This document shows positions 62,200-64,000 of a stretch of DNA of 64,000 nt, one piece after another (positions within the stretch are counted from its first letter, which is position 1; each line of letters starts with the position of its first letter). Below the pieces are notes generated by a model. That model was not told where the DNA came from and made no database searches. It saw only the letters and a program-made list of their open reading frames with translations. Location: the NCBI GenBank assembly GCA_030704615.1, contig CM060731.1, positions 63,178,001-63,242,000 of the forward strand, read 5' to 3'. The position numbers were made by a program, and so were the translations under genes. Origin of the DNA: Takakia lepidozioides. Lineage: Eukaryota; Plantae; Bryophyta.

Positions 62200-63955
62200 T
62201 AAAGCAGTCTTCATAACAGGAACTTCTCATCGACATGGCTCCTTTCTGACACCTCTGACCTTCATCATTTTTCTCACCGATACAGTATCATGTCACCTGC
62301 AGCTTAGATGTTTGACAGGAGCGCAGAAGTGCAGCATCTTGCTGATCCCACTTGAGCATGTAATTTGCTGCACGTTCTGCCACCTCCACATTTCCATGAA
62401 TTCTGCAGGCACCAAGCAAGGCCCTCCATACCACAGCATCTGGTTTGCTTGGCATTCTCTTAACCAGGTCCTCTGCCTCATCCAAGTGCCCTGCGCGGCC
62501 AAGAAGGTCCACCATGCAGGCAAAATGTTCTCCTCTAGGAATAAATTCATGATCTCCACTAAAGGAATCTTCATCCATTAGGCCCACATGGCTACATGCA
62601 GTGAGAACACATAAAAATGTGACACCATTAGGCTTCAACCCTTCCTGTTGCATTTGTTTAAATAAATCCAGGGCTTTCCTACCACAACCATGCTGGGCAT
62701 ATCCTGCCATCATCGCATTCCATGAGACCACATTTCGTTCAGGCATATTGTCAAACACTTGATACGCATCCTCTATGTTCCCACATTTGGCATACATGGC
62801 GACCAGGGCAGTTTCTAGGACAGTATTTCGATCAATTCCGGACTTCAGGAGGTCTGCATGGACCTCTTTACCCTTCTCCGATGCTGCCAGGCTGGCGCAT
62901 GCATTTAGAACACAAATGAACGTGACCTGGTCAGGCATCACCCCTTCCCGTCTCATCTGCTCATAGGTATGCAAAGCATCCCTACCAAACCCATGCTGGG
63001 CATATCCTACCATCATTACATTCCATGAGACAACATCACGTTTAGCCATATTGTCAAACAGTCGATGCTCCCACATTTGCCATACATGTCGACGAGAGTA
63101 TTCTCCATAACAATATCTGGCACAATTCCAGCTTTCATAATGTCCCATTATGTTCCACGTATACATATCTCGTTCGCACATTTTGTCAAATACAAGGCGG
63201 GCATCTTTGACGCTCCCGCACTTGGCATACATGTCGAGGAGTGTGTTGAGTAGAAAAATGTTTGGCTTGAATCCAGATCGAATAATGTGGGCGTGCACCT
63301 GCTTTCCCTCTGTTAGCAATTTCATCTTGACGCACTCCTGCAAGAGATGGACATAAGTATTGGGGTCTCCCAAAATGCCCCCTTGGTTCAAAATGTGCAC
63401 TGCATCTTTCAGCTGTCCTGCCTTACATGGTGTCCTCACATCCCGGGAAGTGCGAGACATGCTCTTGTAGACTCTCTCCCTTGGTCCGTTGACAAAATCA
63501 ATCGTCACAGTGGAAGTGGCTGATTCAAGCAAATGTGCTCCCCCTGCTTCCAGCTGACCTTCTACCCATGCAGTTGTCATGTAGCTATCAATCCATAGTG
63601 CCTTGTTGGTACTCCTGTGCTTGAAATCTGGTCCTCTAGGATGGATCTGTACGCAAACTCCATCCCTACCTCCTTCAGTTCCCCGACCTCCCCAAACAAA
63701 AATGCCTAGATCCTCCCCCTCTATGCCAGTAGCTGACATTGATAAATGTAACTTACAGAGGGAGCACAACAACCACAACCACAATGACCTACCAAAGCTA
63801 GCTCCCATGCCATAACTGGTGGCAAGACTTTAAAAAGGTGGTTGAGCCAGGGAGGGAGAATGAAGATTTGTGACAAAGTTTTCAATGCATCATGTTGTCC
63901 ATACCATGCTTTCACCTTTTCTGCCTCTTGTCCGACGTTGACTGGGGTCTGAAAA
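62200..63955 (-). pseudogene. PLS-E class PPR gene with an N-terminal OSB-type PDF motif; probably pseudogenised
   Basis: ORF 63808-62288 contains IHPRGPDFKHRSTNKALWIDSYMTTAWV followed by PPR repeats (LLDMYAKCGSVKDARLVFDKM, DVVSWNVM, VTFICVLNAC, ACMVDLLGRAG, VWRALLGACRIHG). An internal out-of-frame patch is present, and the E-domain end VRKMMKVRGVRKEP lies in another frame. Confidence 0.88.
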
Positions 63956-64000
63956 GTTTCAAAAGTTTCAATGGTGGGAAGACAATTACCACATAGTGCT

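Noticed and set aside
63647-63808. N-terminus of ORF 62288-63808 as a signal peptide
   Set aside because: It is probably read-through of an intron (GT at 63915, AG at 63647) that splits the PDF motif.

Overview
Eukaryotic nuclear DNA from a land plant, most likely a non-seed plant; this is inferred from the PLS-type PPR genes, the Tcn1-like chromovirus and the GT-AG introns. The window is a transposon-dense region with several decayed genes. Genes that look intact are a multi-exon plastid-type HSP90 (48326-56763, -), the first three exons of XRCC4 (1318-2689, -) and an intronless class-3 lipase (9452-10777, +). Pseudogenes include PPR, apyrase and IQ-repeat relics and a duplicated HSP90 3' end. 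Mobile elements include a LINE, two Ty1/copia elements, two chromoviruses, a gypsy element carrying a dUTPase-like domain and a non-autonomous CACTA element, with three insertions resolved to the exact target-site duplication (TSD). The most notable observations are (1) an OSB-type 'PDF' ssDNA-binding motif fused in frame to a PLS-PPR RNA-binding array, with a second decayed copy of the motif, (2) a DIRS/PAT-like tyrosine-recombinase retrotransposon with a methyltransferase-like domain, split by a gypsy insertion, (3) the dUTPase-bearing gypsy element, and (4) an HSP90C with a proline-rich repeated tail in place of the usual DPW end. All family assignments come from motif recognition by eye; no database searches were run.
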